A stretch of DNA of 64,000 bases from an uncultured delta proteobacterium (GTDB lineage Bacteria > Desulfobacterota > Binatia > UBA9968), in assembly GCA_963737905.1 (NCBI GenBank), contig CAVTUQ010000026.1, forward strand, positions 1 through 64,000. Reading direction: 5' to 3'. Each line of letters begins with the position of its first letter. Position 1 is the first letter of the stretch. Of the stretch, positions 20,418 to 30,432 are shown in pieces. Position numbers and translations under genes: made by a program. Below the pieces are notes generated by a model that saw nothing but the letters and a program-made list of their open reading frames with translations, had not been told where the DNA came from and made no database searches.

Positions 20418-21385
20418 TGGCAGATGTAATCTGGGTCTATGCCGAGCTGAACGAAGAGCGGTTTACTCCCACGACTTTGGAGATGCTCACCAAGGCAGCC
20501 GAAGCGGGAAAGGCTGAGGCCGTACTGCTCGGTCCTGCTCCGGACGATGCCGCGCAGATCCTGTCGAATTACGGTGCCAGCAAAGTTTATCGGTCCGCAG
20601 ATCCGGTATATCGTGATTACCTGACACTCCCTGCGGCGGAGACCGTTGCAGGACTTATTCAGAAACACAGTCCCTCCGTGATGCTCTTCGCTTCCAGCTA
20701 CACGGGACGTGACATCGTCGCCAACTTGAGCGCCAGACTCGACTGTGGCGCTATCAGCGACGTCGGGGATTTCATTCTGAAGGAGGGCTCACTGGAAGCG
20801 ACCATTCCCGCGCTCGGCGCCAGTTACCAGAACACCAGTACCTTGGTTAGTCCAGGAACGAAACTGTTGCTGGTGCGGCCGAAGGCGTTCGAAGCCAAAA
20901 CCAACGAACAACCCCTGTCCGTTGAAGAAGTACCGGCCGCCACAGCAGAAGCGCTTCGTACGGTTCACATGAAAGAGCGTGTAGCGGTGAGGCGCGAGGG
21001 ACCGCAACTGGAAGGCGCCAAGACGATTATCTCCGGCGGTCGTGGACTCAAAGGTGAAGAAAACTTCGCGATGTTGAAAGATCTGGCCGACGTGCTCGGC
21101 GGTGCCGTGGGCGCGACCCGAGCGGCCGTGGATGCAGGCTGGGTTCCCTACGCGATGCAGATAGGTCAAACAGGAAAGACGGTCAAGCCGGATATCTATA
21201 TCGCCTGCGGCATTTCCGGCGCCGTGCAGCATCTGTCGGGAATGAAAACTTCCAAGTTCATCATCTCGATCAATAAGGATGCCGAAGCGCCAATCTTCCA
21301 GTACTCCGACTTCGGCGTCGTCGGCGACGTTTTTAAAGTTGTCCCCCAGCTCATCGAAGAAATCAAGAAACGCAAAGGCGCCTAG
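20417..21385 (+). CDS. etfA: electron transfer flavoprotein alpha subunit
   Basis: SGGRG, GATRAAVDAGW, QIGQTGKTV, GISGAVQH, INKDAEAPIF. Confidence 0.95.
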   Translation: MADVIWVYAELNEERFTPTTLEMLTKAAEAGKAEAVLLGPAPDDAAQILSNYGASKVYRSADPVYRDYLTLPAAETVAGLIQKHSPSVMLFASSYTGRDIVANLSARLDCGAISDVGDFILKEGSLEATIPALGASYQNTSTLVSPGTKLLLVRPKAFEAKTNEQPLSVEEVPAATAEALRTVHMKERVAVRREGPQLEGAKTIISGGRGLKGEENFAMLKDLADVLGGAVGATRAAVDAGWVPYAMQIGQTGKTVKPDIYIACGISGAVQHLSGMKTSKFIISINKDAEAPIFQYSDFGVVGDVFKVVPQLIEEIKKRKGA

Positions 21386-21422
21386 TTTACCGCTCGGCGC
21401 CGGTGCTTCATATCTCGGCGAC

Positions 21423-22961
21423 TTATCTGATGGTCTCGTCTCGGGTTTCGGTGAATGCGAGCCATTGATTTCTTAGCCCGGTTTGCCAAATTTGATTAGC
21501 CTCTTCAAGGTCTTTCAAGCCGGCGATTTCTACCCGATGCAACAAGAGATTGTCCGAAACCCTTCTGGGTGTAATCGTGACTTGATAGCCTTTGTTCCTC
21601 AGCAGTCGGGCGTGTTCATCGGCTCCGGTTCGGCGACGAAATGATGCGACGATGAGATCATACGAACCGTCGGGTTGTTGGCGTAGCAATGTCTCGCGCG
21701 TTAGGGAAGGGAGCAAGAGGTCTTGCCCTGCGGACACCCTATTAAGATCCTCGATTTGAGGGTTGAACTCTTTGATGAGGTCCATGCCGAGTACAGTATT
21801 CGCCCCATAAGTATCAATCGCGATTTGATAAATGGTAGCTCCGTCCTGAATCGTAACCCGCTGGTCTTTTCGCTTGAACTCGACTTCGGCATTGGCCTTT
21901 CTCGGAACGGTTTCCTGGTCTAGATCGTTTTTGGCGGCTTCGAGACTTCTCCCGCCCATGTTGAGTAAATTTTGCGGAGCGATAACGGAGGCCACGCCGA
22001 CAAAAGCCAGGATTCCCAGCAGAGTCCCAACTCCAGTCCTTAGCGTGAGTTTCATTTTGTGCCCAGCAGTCTCCTCAGACGCTTCACGGATGAGTGTTTG
22101 TGTCTCACGTGCGAAGATGGAAGCTGTGGGTTCCGCCTTTGTCATCTTGATTGCCGATTCTATCCTGAGATCTCTGGCCACTTCCTTGATTGTATTCGCG
22201 GAAACAGTTTGTTTAGACTCCGCATAGACGATGAGCAGGGCATTGTCGCAGATCATGTTCATGAGCCGCGGAATCCCTTTAGAGTAGAAGGCGATTTGCC
22301 GGACAGCATCACGCTGAAACAAACCTTTATCCGCGTAGCCGGCAACACGAAGCCTAAAATCGATATACGGAGCCGCTTCCTCGTCCTTCAAGGGATTCAG
22401 CCGGCATTGAACGGCCACCCGCTGTTTAAGCTGCCGGAGACCCGGTTGATCAAGTTTTGCTTGAAGCTCCGGTTGGCCCACCAAGACAATCTGGATCAGC
22501 TTTTCCCGATCGGTCTCCAGATTCGAGAGCAGTCTTAAGTCTTCGAGAACATCATCGCTTAGATCTTGGGCTTCGTCGATGAGTGCGGCGACGGTGTGGC
22601 CTTGCTTGAGCTCCGTGATCAGATAATCATACAGCTGCTGGAGCATGCTTACCTTGCTTGTGTCGTGGGGGGCCAGGCCCAGATCGTGAAGGGTGGTTTG
22701 GAGTAATTCCACGAAACTTAAATGGGTGTTGAAGATAAAGACCGAATGGACGCTGTCCTCGAGGTTGTGCATCAATTTACGTAGCAGGGTAGTTTTTCCG
22801 GTGCCGACCTCTCCGGTAATCACGATGAACCCCTTTTTGGCTTCGATCCCATAGCGCAGGGCAGCATAGGCCTCCTGGTAGACGGGATTGGTGTAAAAGA
22901 AGCGTGGATCAGGAGTAACGCTAAAGGGCGATTCGCGGAAACCAAAGTAGCTGTTGTACAT
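21423..22961 (-). CDS. ExeA/GspA-like AAA ATPase with TM segment and C-terminal LysM-like and SPOR-like domains
   Basis: MYNSYFGFRESPFSVTPDP, GEVGTGKT Walker A, LIDEAQ Walker B, LVGQPEL, GIPRLMNMICD; one TM helix; C-terminal LysM-like (IQDGATIYQIA..NPQI) and SPOR-like (VASFR..A..L..KGY) segments. Confidence 0.85.
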   Translation of the reverse strand: MYNSYFGFRESPFSVTPDPRFFYTNPVYQEAYAALRYGIEAKKGFIVITGEVGTGKTTLLRKLMHNLEDSVHSVFIFNTHLSFVELLQTTLHDLGLAPHDTSKVSMLQQLYDYLITELKQGHTVAALIDEAQDLSDDVLEDLRLLSNLETDREKLIQIVLVGQPELQAKLDQPGLRQLKQRVAVQCRLNPLKDEEAAPYIDFRLRVAGYADKGLFQRDAVRQIAFYSKGIPRLMNMICDNALLIVYAESKQTVSANTIKEVARDLRIESAIKMTKAEPTASIFARETQTLIREASEETAGHKMKLTLRTGVGTLLGILAFVGVASVIAPQNLLNMGGRSLEAAKNDLDQETVPRKANAEVEFKRKDQRVTIQDGATIYQIAIDTYGANTVLGMDLIKEFNPQIEDLNRVSAGQDLLLPSLTRETLLRQQPDGSYDLIVASFRRRTGADEHARLLRNKGYQVTITPRRVSDNLLLHRVEIAGLKDLEEANQIWQTGLRNQWLAFTETRDETIR

Positions 22962-23241
22962 GACGCCCAGCCTCTCTTGCACTTGAGTTGATGAAGTCGG
23001 TGGCCTGCCAAAGCAAGGACCAATCTGCTCTTGGCCTCGGCTTTACTGCGCAACTTGGACCGAGTCAAGGAATTTACAGGAATTTAATTGATATCGATGC
23101 GACCAAGTTGAACAGGATTAGACAAAAGTTGACAATCTTTGAATTGTGTTCACAACCGAGCTATGGGGAACACTGCGGAAAGCAATAAGGTCTCGCGAGG
23201 TCACGGAGAGAAAGTAACGGGAACGATTATTATGCGTTGCG

Positions 23242-24006
23242 TTACATGGGAAACGAAGTTTCAGCCGCGGTGCCGCTGATGCCGAGCCGGGTCCCCTGTA
23301 CGACGTAGGCCATGTAGATCGCATCGGCCATGACGCGGCGCATGTTGTTTTTCATAAGCTGGGCACTGATGCAATCTTCTTGAAGCTCTTTTGTGTTGGC
23401 ATATTTCTTTAGAATTTCTTTTCGGATGAGTCCGTGTTCCACATCGACCCCGGCGTGCAGCTTGTAAAACTCCAAAGCATCGTCATTCACCCACGGATAA
23501 CGTTTGCGGAACACATCGAGATCGCGCGCCATGGCGCGAGCCGTATCGTCGCCTTCGGAGACGGCGACGCCCAGCAGCCAGGAGGTTTTGAAGGCGGCGT
23601 TGGCAAAACTATCGACGGCGAACTTTACGCCAAAGAGCGGCTCGGAGTCGATCACGTATTCGCGGGTGAGGCCCAGGGCTTCGCAGAGCTTGAGCCAGTA
23701 CTCGGGATGAGGTTTGCCCGGCTTCCCAATCAAATCTTCACCCTCCTCTTCGATGGCTTTTGGGAGCCACATCCGGCGCACCTCGGCGTAAGGGCAATTA
23801 TAAAGGATCGAGTATTCCTTCGTCGGGACGTTTTTGACGAAGTAATAGCGTTCCTTGGCCCAGCCTTGGAGTTGTTCCTTCGTGCATTTCCCTTCGCGAA
23901 ACAGAGTCTCCCAAGGGTGGGGTGGCCGCTGGTGATCCTTTTTGTTGACTTCGGAAAATGTCTGGATGAATTCATCGGGGCTGAGCATGTGGTCGAGCTT
24001 ATACAT
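23242..24006 (-). CDS. heme-oxygenase-like (TenA/PqqC/CADD) iron-containing redox enzyme family protein
   Basis: HPWE, LQGWAKERYY, EEEG...H..W and FYKLHAGVDVEHG motifs; AAGGAG SD before ATG 24006. Confidence 0.8.
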   Translation of the reverse strand: MYKLDHMLSPDEFIQTFSEVNKKDHQRPPHPWETLFREGKCTKEQLQGWAKERYYFVKNVPTKEYSILYNCPYAEVRRMWLPKAIEEEGEDLIGKPGKPHPEYWLKLCEALGLTREYVIDSEPLFGVKFAVDSFANAAFKTSWLLGVAVSEGDDTARAMARDLDVFRKRYPWVNDDALEFYKLHAGVDVEHGLIRKEILKKYANTKELQEDCISAQLMKNNMRRVMADAIYMAYVVQGTRLGISGTAAETSFPM

Positions 24007-24059
24007 GACGCTGATCTCCTTGTTCAATGTGGGAGGGCCATTTAGGAAAGTCGCGCATG

Positions 24060-24120
24060 CTTCGACAAGCTCAGCATGAACGGAAAAACTTCAATGCCGT
24101 TCGCCCTGAGCCTGTCGAAG
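24060..24120. repeat. REP-like palindrome pair (CTTCGACAAGCTCAG...CTGAGCCTGTCGAAG)
   Basis: 24-bp imperfect inverted arms at 24060-24083 and 24097-24120; related copies at 37794, 48675, 60113 and 61111. Confidence 0.7.
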
Positions 24121-24143
24121 GGTTCTTTGACAGCGCCTTAAAG

Positions 24144-25160
24144 TCAGTCGGCCTTGGCGTCTTCGCGGTAATGGCCGATGGCGTCCATCAGCGGCTTGTC
24201 GGACATCACGAAAAATACCGCGGGGTCTTTGGACGTATTCTCGTGGCTGTGAAAATTCCAGAGCGGCACGACGAAGGAGTCGCCTTGTTCCCACTCGTAG
24301 CGTTTGTCGCCGATGGAGCTGACGCCGCTTCCCCTCCAGACATGATAAATGGTCGAACTTGTGTGGCGATGGCTCTTGGTTTTTTCTCCGCCGCGAAGCA
24401 TCTGGATCTGGCAAGCCATCGTTGGCAGTGTCGGTCCGCCGGTCAATGGATTGGCGTAATCCAATACGATCCCATCATAGGGATCCCCAGGCTGTTCACC
24501 CACTTTGCTCAAAGCGCGCTCGGTATCTGCCCATTTGTAGCAAAAGGCGGGCGGCTGGATTGCATTCGGCTTCGTCCAGGCAGGCCGCAGCGGTCCGGCG
24601 GTCGCGAGCGTGTAACCCTCGGGTTTCGTCACCGTCTGTTTCCTGCGCGGATCGGGCTCATGAAAATCGGTTTCCAATAATCTGACTAGAGGCGAGTCCA
24701 GTCCATCGAGCCACATCATCGTCTCGCCGCGGTTTTCGTGGTCGTGCCAGGTCCAGCTGGGCGTCGTGACGAAATCACCTTCGCCGATCTCGAATGATTC
24801 GCCTTCGACGATGAGGCGCGTGCCATGGCCTTTCAGAATGAAACGAATCGCTCCGGCCATATGGCGGTGCGACAGCGCATCCTCACCGGGCTTGAGCATC
24901 TGAAGATTCAAAACCAGGGTGCGCGAGGTGCCGTTCTTCAGCGATGGATTCCACATCTGGAGTACGCGCCGGAAAGATACATCCAAGCCGACCACATCGC
25001 CGGCTTTTTCCATGGCGGCGAAAAGATCTTTTCCCTTCCAGTGGCAAGGCTCGAACGAAGGTACCGGCTCGCGGTAGAGATCGCCCTGAACGTTTTGCCA
25101 ATAGCCCTTAAAATTCTTATTTTCGAGTTCTGCCTCAAAAGCCTTGAGTGCGTCAGCCAT
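24144..25160 (-). CDS. bicupin dioxygenase, gentisate 1,2-dioxygenase-like
   Basis: RRVL, LQMLKPGE..SHRH...AIRF, TPSWTWHDH, WLDGLDSP, YANPLTGG..PTM, HRHTSS. Confidence 0.85.
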   Translation of the reverse strand: MADALKAFEAELENKNFKGYWQNVQGDLYREPVPSFEPCHWKGKDLFAAMEKAGDVVGLDVSFRRVLQMWNPSLKNGTSRTLVLNLQMLKPGEDALSHRHMAGAIRFILKGHGTRLIVEGESFEIGEGDFVTTPSWTWHDHENRGETMMWLDGLDSPLVRLLETDFHEPDPRRKQTVTKPEGYTLATAGPLRPAWTKPNAIQPPAFCYKWADTERALSKVGEQPGDPYDGIVLDYANPLTGGPTLPTMACQIQMLRGGEKTKSHRHTSSTIYHVWRGSGVSSIGDKRYEWEQGDSFVVPLWNFHSHENTSKDPAVFFVMSDKPLMDAIGHYREDAKAD

Positions 25161-25229
25161 AAAATGATCCTCCTGTTAACCGACTTCTAGACTATTTCTA
25201 CCCAGGGTTGCAACAGTTCGTCTCCGGGC

Positions 25230-25307
25230 AATGGATGGAGTGTACTGGAGTATTGGGTTCTAAAACGCATTACTCCATTGTTCCATCACTCCAGTACTCC
25301 AGTCTTC
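25230..25307. repeat. 8-bp period palindromic repeat element (GGAGTA../..TACTCCA), copy 1
   Basis: ggagtgtactggagtattgg ... cattactc cattgttc catcactc cagtactc cagtcttc. Confidence 0.75.
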
Positions 25308-25308
25308 G

Positions 25309-26718
25309 TCACTCGATCGGCTTGACCGTGATCATATTCGTCGTGCCCGCTTGTTGGAGCGGCAGCCCGGCCGTGATCGCGACCAAATCGCCCCGTTTGA
25401 CGAACCCCAGCTTTAACGACTTTTTTTGGGCGTCCCGCAACATGGCGTCCGTACTGTGGAAAGCCGGGACTCCCACCGGATAAACACCCCAAACCAGGCA
25501 AAGAGTCTTCAAAGTCGGCTTTTCCGGAGTGAAAGCGATGATTGGATGTTGCGGGCGATAACGGGCGATCATCCGAGCCGTACTGCCGGAAGACGTGGGT
25601 ATAAGAAAAGCTTCCACTTTCAAATCCCGCGCCAGCGAGATAGCAGCGAAACTAATCGCTTCGGGCACACTCTTTGTTTGTCCGATGGATTGATATCGCG
25701 GCTCCAGGATGGTCTCTGTTTCTTCGGCGACCTGGGCCATAGTTTTCACCGCCTCGATGGGATAATCACCCGCGGCGGACTCTTCTGAAAGCATCAAAGC
25801 ATCGGTGCCGTCCAGAATCGCGTTGGCGATATCGGCGACCTCGGCGCGGGTCGGGCGTGGATTTTGAACCATGGAGCGCAACATCTGCGTCGCCGTGATC
25901 ACGGGCTTGCCCAAAACGTTGGCCTTTCGAATCATCATCTTTTGCATCGCGGGAATTTTTTCGGGCGCGATTTCGAGTCCGAGATCGCCGCGGGCCACCA
26001 TGATCCCGTCGACTTCCTTCAGGATTGCGTCGATATGATCGAGGGCCTCATGTTTCTCGATCTTGGCGATAATCGGGACCAAAGCGCCGCGTTTTTTCAT
26101 TTCCCGACGCGCGTAGACAATGTCGTCGCTGCTGCGGACGAAGGAGAGGGCAATCATATCCACTTTGTGCTCGATCCCGAAGGCAAGGTCCTCTTTGTCG
26201 TGGGTCGTCAGAGCGCGAATGTTGAGGCTCGTTTGCGGAAAGTGAATGCCCTTGTGCGAGCCTAGGATACCGCCAACAACCACTCGACAAGTGACGGAGC
26301 GATTTCCCACTTTTACGACTTCGAGCTCGATCTCCCCGTCACCCAGTAGAATCGGGTCACCTTTCTTGACTGATCGGGTGAGCCCCTTGTAGTTGACGGA
26401 GATCATCTCTTGATTGCCGACGACCTCGCGAGTGGTCAATACTAAAGGCTGGCGGGTTCGGAGGCGTACGTGATCGCCTTCCACGGCGCCGATCCGGATC
26501 TTGGGACCGGGCAGGTCTTGGAGGATCGCGACCGGCCGGCCGAGTTTACGTTCGAGTCGCCGGATCATGTGGATAACGCGACGATGAAACGCATAGTCGC
26601 CGTGACTGAAGTTGAGACGCGCAACGTCCATGCCGGTCTGGATAAGCTGTTTGAGAACCTTTTCAGAAGCGCTGGCGGGACCGATGGTGCAGACGATTTT
26701 TGTCCTTCGCATTTTCAT
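25309..26718 (-). CDS. pyk: pyruvate kinase
   Basis: RTKIVCTIGP, RLNFSHG, DLPGPKIR, IAKIE, MVARGDLG, ATQML, PTRAE. Confidence 0.97.
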   Translation of the reverse strand: MKMRRTKIVCTIGPASASEKVLKQLIQTGMDVARLNFSHGDYAFHRRVIHMIRRLERKLGRPVAILQDLPGPKIRIGAVEGDHVRLRTRQPLVLTTREVVGNQEMISVNYKGLTRSVKKGDPILLGDGEIELEVVKVGNRSVTCRVVVGGILGSHKGIHFPQTSLNIRALTTHDKEDLAFGIEHKVDMIALSFVRSSDDIVYARREMKKRGALVPIIAKIEKHEALDHIDAILKEVDGIMVARGDLGLEIAPEKIPAMQKMMIRKANVLGKPVITATQMLRSMVQNPRPTRAEVADIANAILDGTDALMLSEESAAGDYPIEAVKTMAQVAEETETILEPRYQSIGQTKSVPEAISFAAISLARDLKVEAFLIPTSSGSTARMIARYRPQHPIIAFTPEKPTLKTLCLVWGVYPVGVPAFHSTDAMLRDAQKKSLKLGFVKRGDLVAITAGLPLQQAGTTNMITVKPIE

Positions 26719-26762
26719 TAATCTACACGAGTCAATGGGAGAATCAAAGAAAGAGGAAAGAG

Positions 26763-26869
26763 ATTGGAGTAATAGAATGATGGAATATTGGAGTGTTTGG
26801 TTGGACTAAGGAAGTATCGCGTTTGACTGCATCAATCCATTACTCCATTGCTCCAGTACTCCAGTCTTC
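26763..26869. repeat. 8-bp period palindromic repeat element, copy 2
   Basis: attggagt aatagaat gatggaat attggagt ... cattactc cattgctc cagtactc cagtcttc. Confidence 0.75.
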
Positions 26870-27777
26870 TATATTCCCGAGCCCGTTCGTTTCAAACGCG
26901 GATCGAGAAGGTCACGCAGCGCGTCGCCGAGAAGATTAATGCCGAGCACGGTGACGAAGATGCAGAGACCGGGAAAGAGGGGCAGCCACCATGCGGTGCT
27001 GATATAGATCCGCGCGTCGGCGAGCATGGTGCCCCAGGTGGGAATTTCAGGTGGAACCCCGACACCCAAAAAGCTGAGACTGGCTTCCGCGATGATGGCC
27101 GATGCCATCGCAAAGGTGCCGATGACTAGGGATGTCTGGATCACGTTGGGAAGGATATGACGCAGAATGATCTGCGCGTTACGGGCTCCCAAACATTGGG
27201 AAGCGACCACAAATTCGCGCGTGCGCAAACTCAATGCCTGTCCCCGGACCACACGACAATAGGGAATCCACCGTTGCACCACCAAGGCCAGAATCAGATT
27301 GAACAGGCCTTGGCCGAGAAACGCCATGATCGTGATGCCGAGCAAGAGCGGCGGAAACGCCCACACGACCTCCACGAGCTTCTGGATCATGAAGTCGGTC
27401 TTGCCGCCGAAGTAGCCCGAGATGGCGCCGAGACTGATGCCGACGAATCCTGAGATGAAGACCACCGCAAACGCCACCAAAAGAGAAACGCGGGCGCCAT
27501 ATATGACGCGGCTAAAAACGTCGCGGCCCAAGTTGTCGGTCCCCAGCACATGAAGAGAGCCGATGCCTTCGGGTGGTTTTGTCATCGCGGTGAGTTCCTG
27601 CTGGTTGGGATTGTGCGGCGCGAGGGCCGGACCGAGGATGCCGACCACGATGAACGTTAGCACGATCAAGCCTCCCGTAAAGGCTTTGGTGTGCAGTCGT
27701 GGCGCCAATCGGCTCACCAGACCGGGCGCTCTTTCAGTAGCGGATTCGAGGGTCAATGACTGCATAAAGTCCGTCAA
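26869..27777 (-). CDS. peptide/nickel ABC transporter permease (DppC/OppC family)
   Basis: LGTDNLGRDVFSR, RHILPN, EASLSFLG, NLLGDALRD. Confidence 0.93.
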   Translation of the reverse strand: MTDFMQSLTLESATERAPGLVSRLAPRLHTKAFTGGLIVLTFIVVGILGPALAPHNPNQQELTAMTKPPEGIGSLHVLGTDNLGRDVFSRVIYGARVSLLVAFAVVFISGFVGISLGAISGYFGGKTDFMIQKLVEVVWAFPPLLLGITIMAFLGQGLFNLILALVVQRWIPYCRVVRGQALSLRTREFVVASQCLGARNAQIILRHILPNVIQTSLVIGTFAMASAIIAEASLSFLGVGVPPEIPTWGTMLADARIYISTAWWLPLFPGLCIFVTVLGINLLGDALRDLLDPRLKRTGSGI

Positions 27778-28735
27778 TAATCAGATTAATGATGACAAAT
27801 GCCGCTGTGTAAGTCATGACGATTCCGGTGACGAGAGGATAATCGCGGGCATTCAGGGCCGTGATCAGAAGACTACCAATGCCCGGCCACGCAAACACGG
27901 TTTCAACGATGATAGAACCGCTCAAGAGCGTCCCCAGCTCCAACCCGACAACCGTAATGACCGGTATCAGGGCATTCGTGGTCACGTGACGCCACACAAT
28001 GTTTTTTTCCGCGAGTCCCTTGGCGCGTGCGGTGACAACATATTCTTCGTTCATGACCTCTAAAACAGAAGAGCGAGTTACCCGCATCAAAATGCCGAGC
28101 ATATTCACGCCGAGGGCCAATGCCGGCATGCAGATGTGGGTCAACGCATCCCACACGGCCTTCCAATTTCTCTGGAAGAGGCTGTCGACCAAATAGAAAC
28201 CGGTATTTTCGGGTCCGGCGATTCCGTAAGTGCTGCGGCCGGCGGTGGGAAGGATGTTTAAAACGCCGGCGAGCAAGAGAATCAACATGATGCCGAGCCA
28301 GAAACTAGGCATGCTGATACCAAAGAGTCCGAAGGTGGTTCCGACATTGTCGAGCCATGAGTTTGGCTTCGAGCCGGCCCAGACGCCCAACGGTATTGCC
28401 AAAACCATGGCGATGATAATCGAGAAAATCGCCAGTTCGATCGTAGCCGGTAAGCGGGCCTTGATGACCCTGGTCACGGGCTCGGCGTACTTAAACGACT
28501 TGCCGAATTCTCCGGTAAGGGTTGAAGCCGCGAACTTCAAGTATTGAATGTAGAGTGGGCGATCCAGCCCCCACTGCGCCTTGGCCTTGGCTACCTCGGC
28601 GGCGTTTGTCTCCTCGCCCAGGAGCATGAGTGTGGGATCGCCGGGAGCGGCGTGAATCAACAAGAAGACGAGCAAGCTGATCAGCAGCAGAACAGGGACC
28701 GTTCCTACCAGACGTTGAACGAGATACCCCGTCAT
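27734..28735 (-). CDS. peptide/nickel ABC transporter permease (DppB/OppB family)
   Basis: PGDP, GLDRPLYIQY, TARAKG, ETVFAWPGIG, RDYP, DPRIRY. Confidence 0.93.
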   Translation of the reverse strand: MTGYLVQRLVGTVPVLLLISLLVFLLIHAAPGDPTLMLLGEETNAAEVAKAKAQWGLDRPLYIQYLKFAASTLTGEFGKSFKYAEPVTRVIKARLPATIELAIFSIIIAMVLAIPLGVWAGSKPNSWLDNVGTTFGLFGISMPSFWLGIMLILLLAGVLNILPTAGRSTYGIAGPENTGFYLVDSLFQRNWKAVWDALTHICMPALALGVNMLGILMRVTRSSVLEVMNEEYVVTARAKGLAEKNIVWRHVTTNALIPVITVVGLELGTLLSGSIIVETVFAWPGIGSLLITALNARDYPLVTGIVMTYTAAFVIINLIIDGLYAVIDPRIRY

Positions 28736-28739
28736 TTCA

Positions 28740-30270
28740 TTATTTCTTCACCGCCATATCGAGCGCATAAATGCGAGCATCGGGTAGCGGTTTATACTCC
28801 ACCCGGTTGTTTATGCCCCAGAGCAGTTTGTGCCTCCACATAAAACAGGCTGGAGCATCCTCGGTAAGGATGCTCATCGCTTGCGAGAGGTATTGTTTGC
28901 GTTTCTTCGGATCGAACTCCGCCTGTTCCTTGTCCAAGAGTTCGTCAAACTTGGGATTGGAGTAGCCGATGCGCGGGGTTTCCCGGGTGTAAAAATATTG
29001 GTGCAGAGCCGCGCTCGGGTCTTGGACCGAACCGCGACCCATATAATAGAAGGGAACCGTGCCCTTTTGCACATTGGCCCACAACGTCGGCCATTCCGGG
29101 GTCATTAGCTTGGCGCGAAAACCCGCGGCATTCAGCATCGGGATCATTGCCTCGGTTAGCTGTTTGTCCAGCGTGTAACGTCCCACGGGAGTCTGCAGTT
29201 CCACATCGACACCATTTGGATAACCGGCCTGCGCCAAAAGCTTTTTTGACATCTCGGGATCGTAGTTCATTTTCGGCTTGAGGTTCGGATCATAGCCATA
29301 TTGACCGGGTCCGATGGGGCCGTCGAGGCGACCGGCGAAACCTTCGAGGAGCGTCGCAATAATTTGATCGCGATTGATAGCGTGGCAAACCGCCTGGCGG
29401 ACTTCTTTCTTGTCGAAGGGCGGTTTCGGCTGCATGGCCAGAAACATGATCTCTATGGAGTCCGTTCCCGTGATCCGCGCGTTCGGCGTTTTCTCCACGC
29501 GCTGGCGCAAATGGGGCGGAATGAACTGGGCGATCTGAATTTCATCGTTCAACAACGCCGTGACCCGTTGTTCAGTTTCACGCATCACGCGAAACACAAC
29601 TTCGTCCGGCGCGTTTCGATGTTTTTTCGCTTCAGGATGGTCCGGCCTCTTGGCGATGACGAGGCGCTGGCCGGGGATCAATTCCTTGAGCTGGTAAGGG
29701 CCTCCGCCCATCATGTGCTCCTTGTCCGCTGCCTCGCGGCCGTATTTATCGAAGGCGGCTTTGCTGGTGATGATTAATCGGTCGCAAACAAAACCGAGAA
29801 GCGGGCGCTGCCGGTTTGTCGGTGATGAACTTGACGGTGAACTTGTCCACGGCCTCGGCTTTGATGATCGGACCGGCGACTGAGGCTTTTTGCTTTGACT
29901 GCGGATCGTTGATGACCCGGTTCATCATCGAATGGACAACGTCATCGGCCGTCACGGGCGAGCCATCGTTGAATTTGTAGTTCTTATTTAGATAGAAGAT
30001 CCAAGTTGTTGGATTTTCTACCTTCCAGCGCTCAGCGAGACGACCCTCGAAGTCTCCCTTTTGGTAGTTGTAGGTACAGAAAGGCCCGGTAATCTCGCTC
30101 CAGATTCCGTACAACAGCGACACGCTGTCACCGTAAGGATTGGCGGTTTCGATGGTTTCGGTTACGCCAATAGAGACCCGGGTTTGGGCCTTTGCGACCA
30201 CGTTATTGGCGAGTAAGAAGGCTAGTGCAAAAAAAACAATCGCGCATCGTTTCTTATGCCGGTAGAGCAT
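28740..30270 (-). CDS. ABC transporter substrate-binding protein, family 5 (split by one frameshift near 29803)
   Basis: ORF 29746-30270 has the signal peptide and LAERW..FNDGSPVTADDV; ORF 28740-29714 has GGGPY and VRQAVCHAINR. Removing one base from the GGG at 29803-29805 joins them (..APLLGFVCDRLII..). Confidence 0.85.
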
Positions 30271-30432
30271 TACAACCTCCCCGTAGATTGATGCGAAATC
30301 TTTTACAGCTCCTTCTCAAGATGTCAAGGTTGTTTTCAACAGGTTCAGACAACTCTAAGCAGGTAGTTTTTCTATTGACAGGAGTGAGGCCTGATACTAA
30401 GCGTGGTAGGTGCCGGGTAGAAACAGGAGGAC

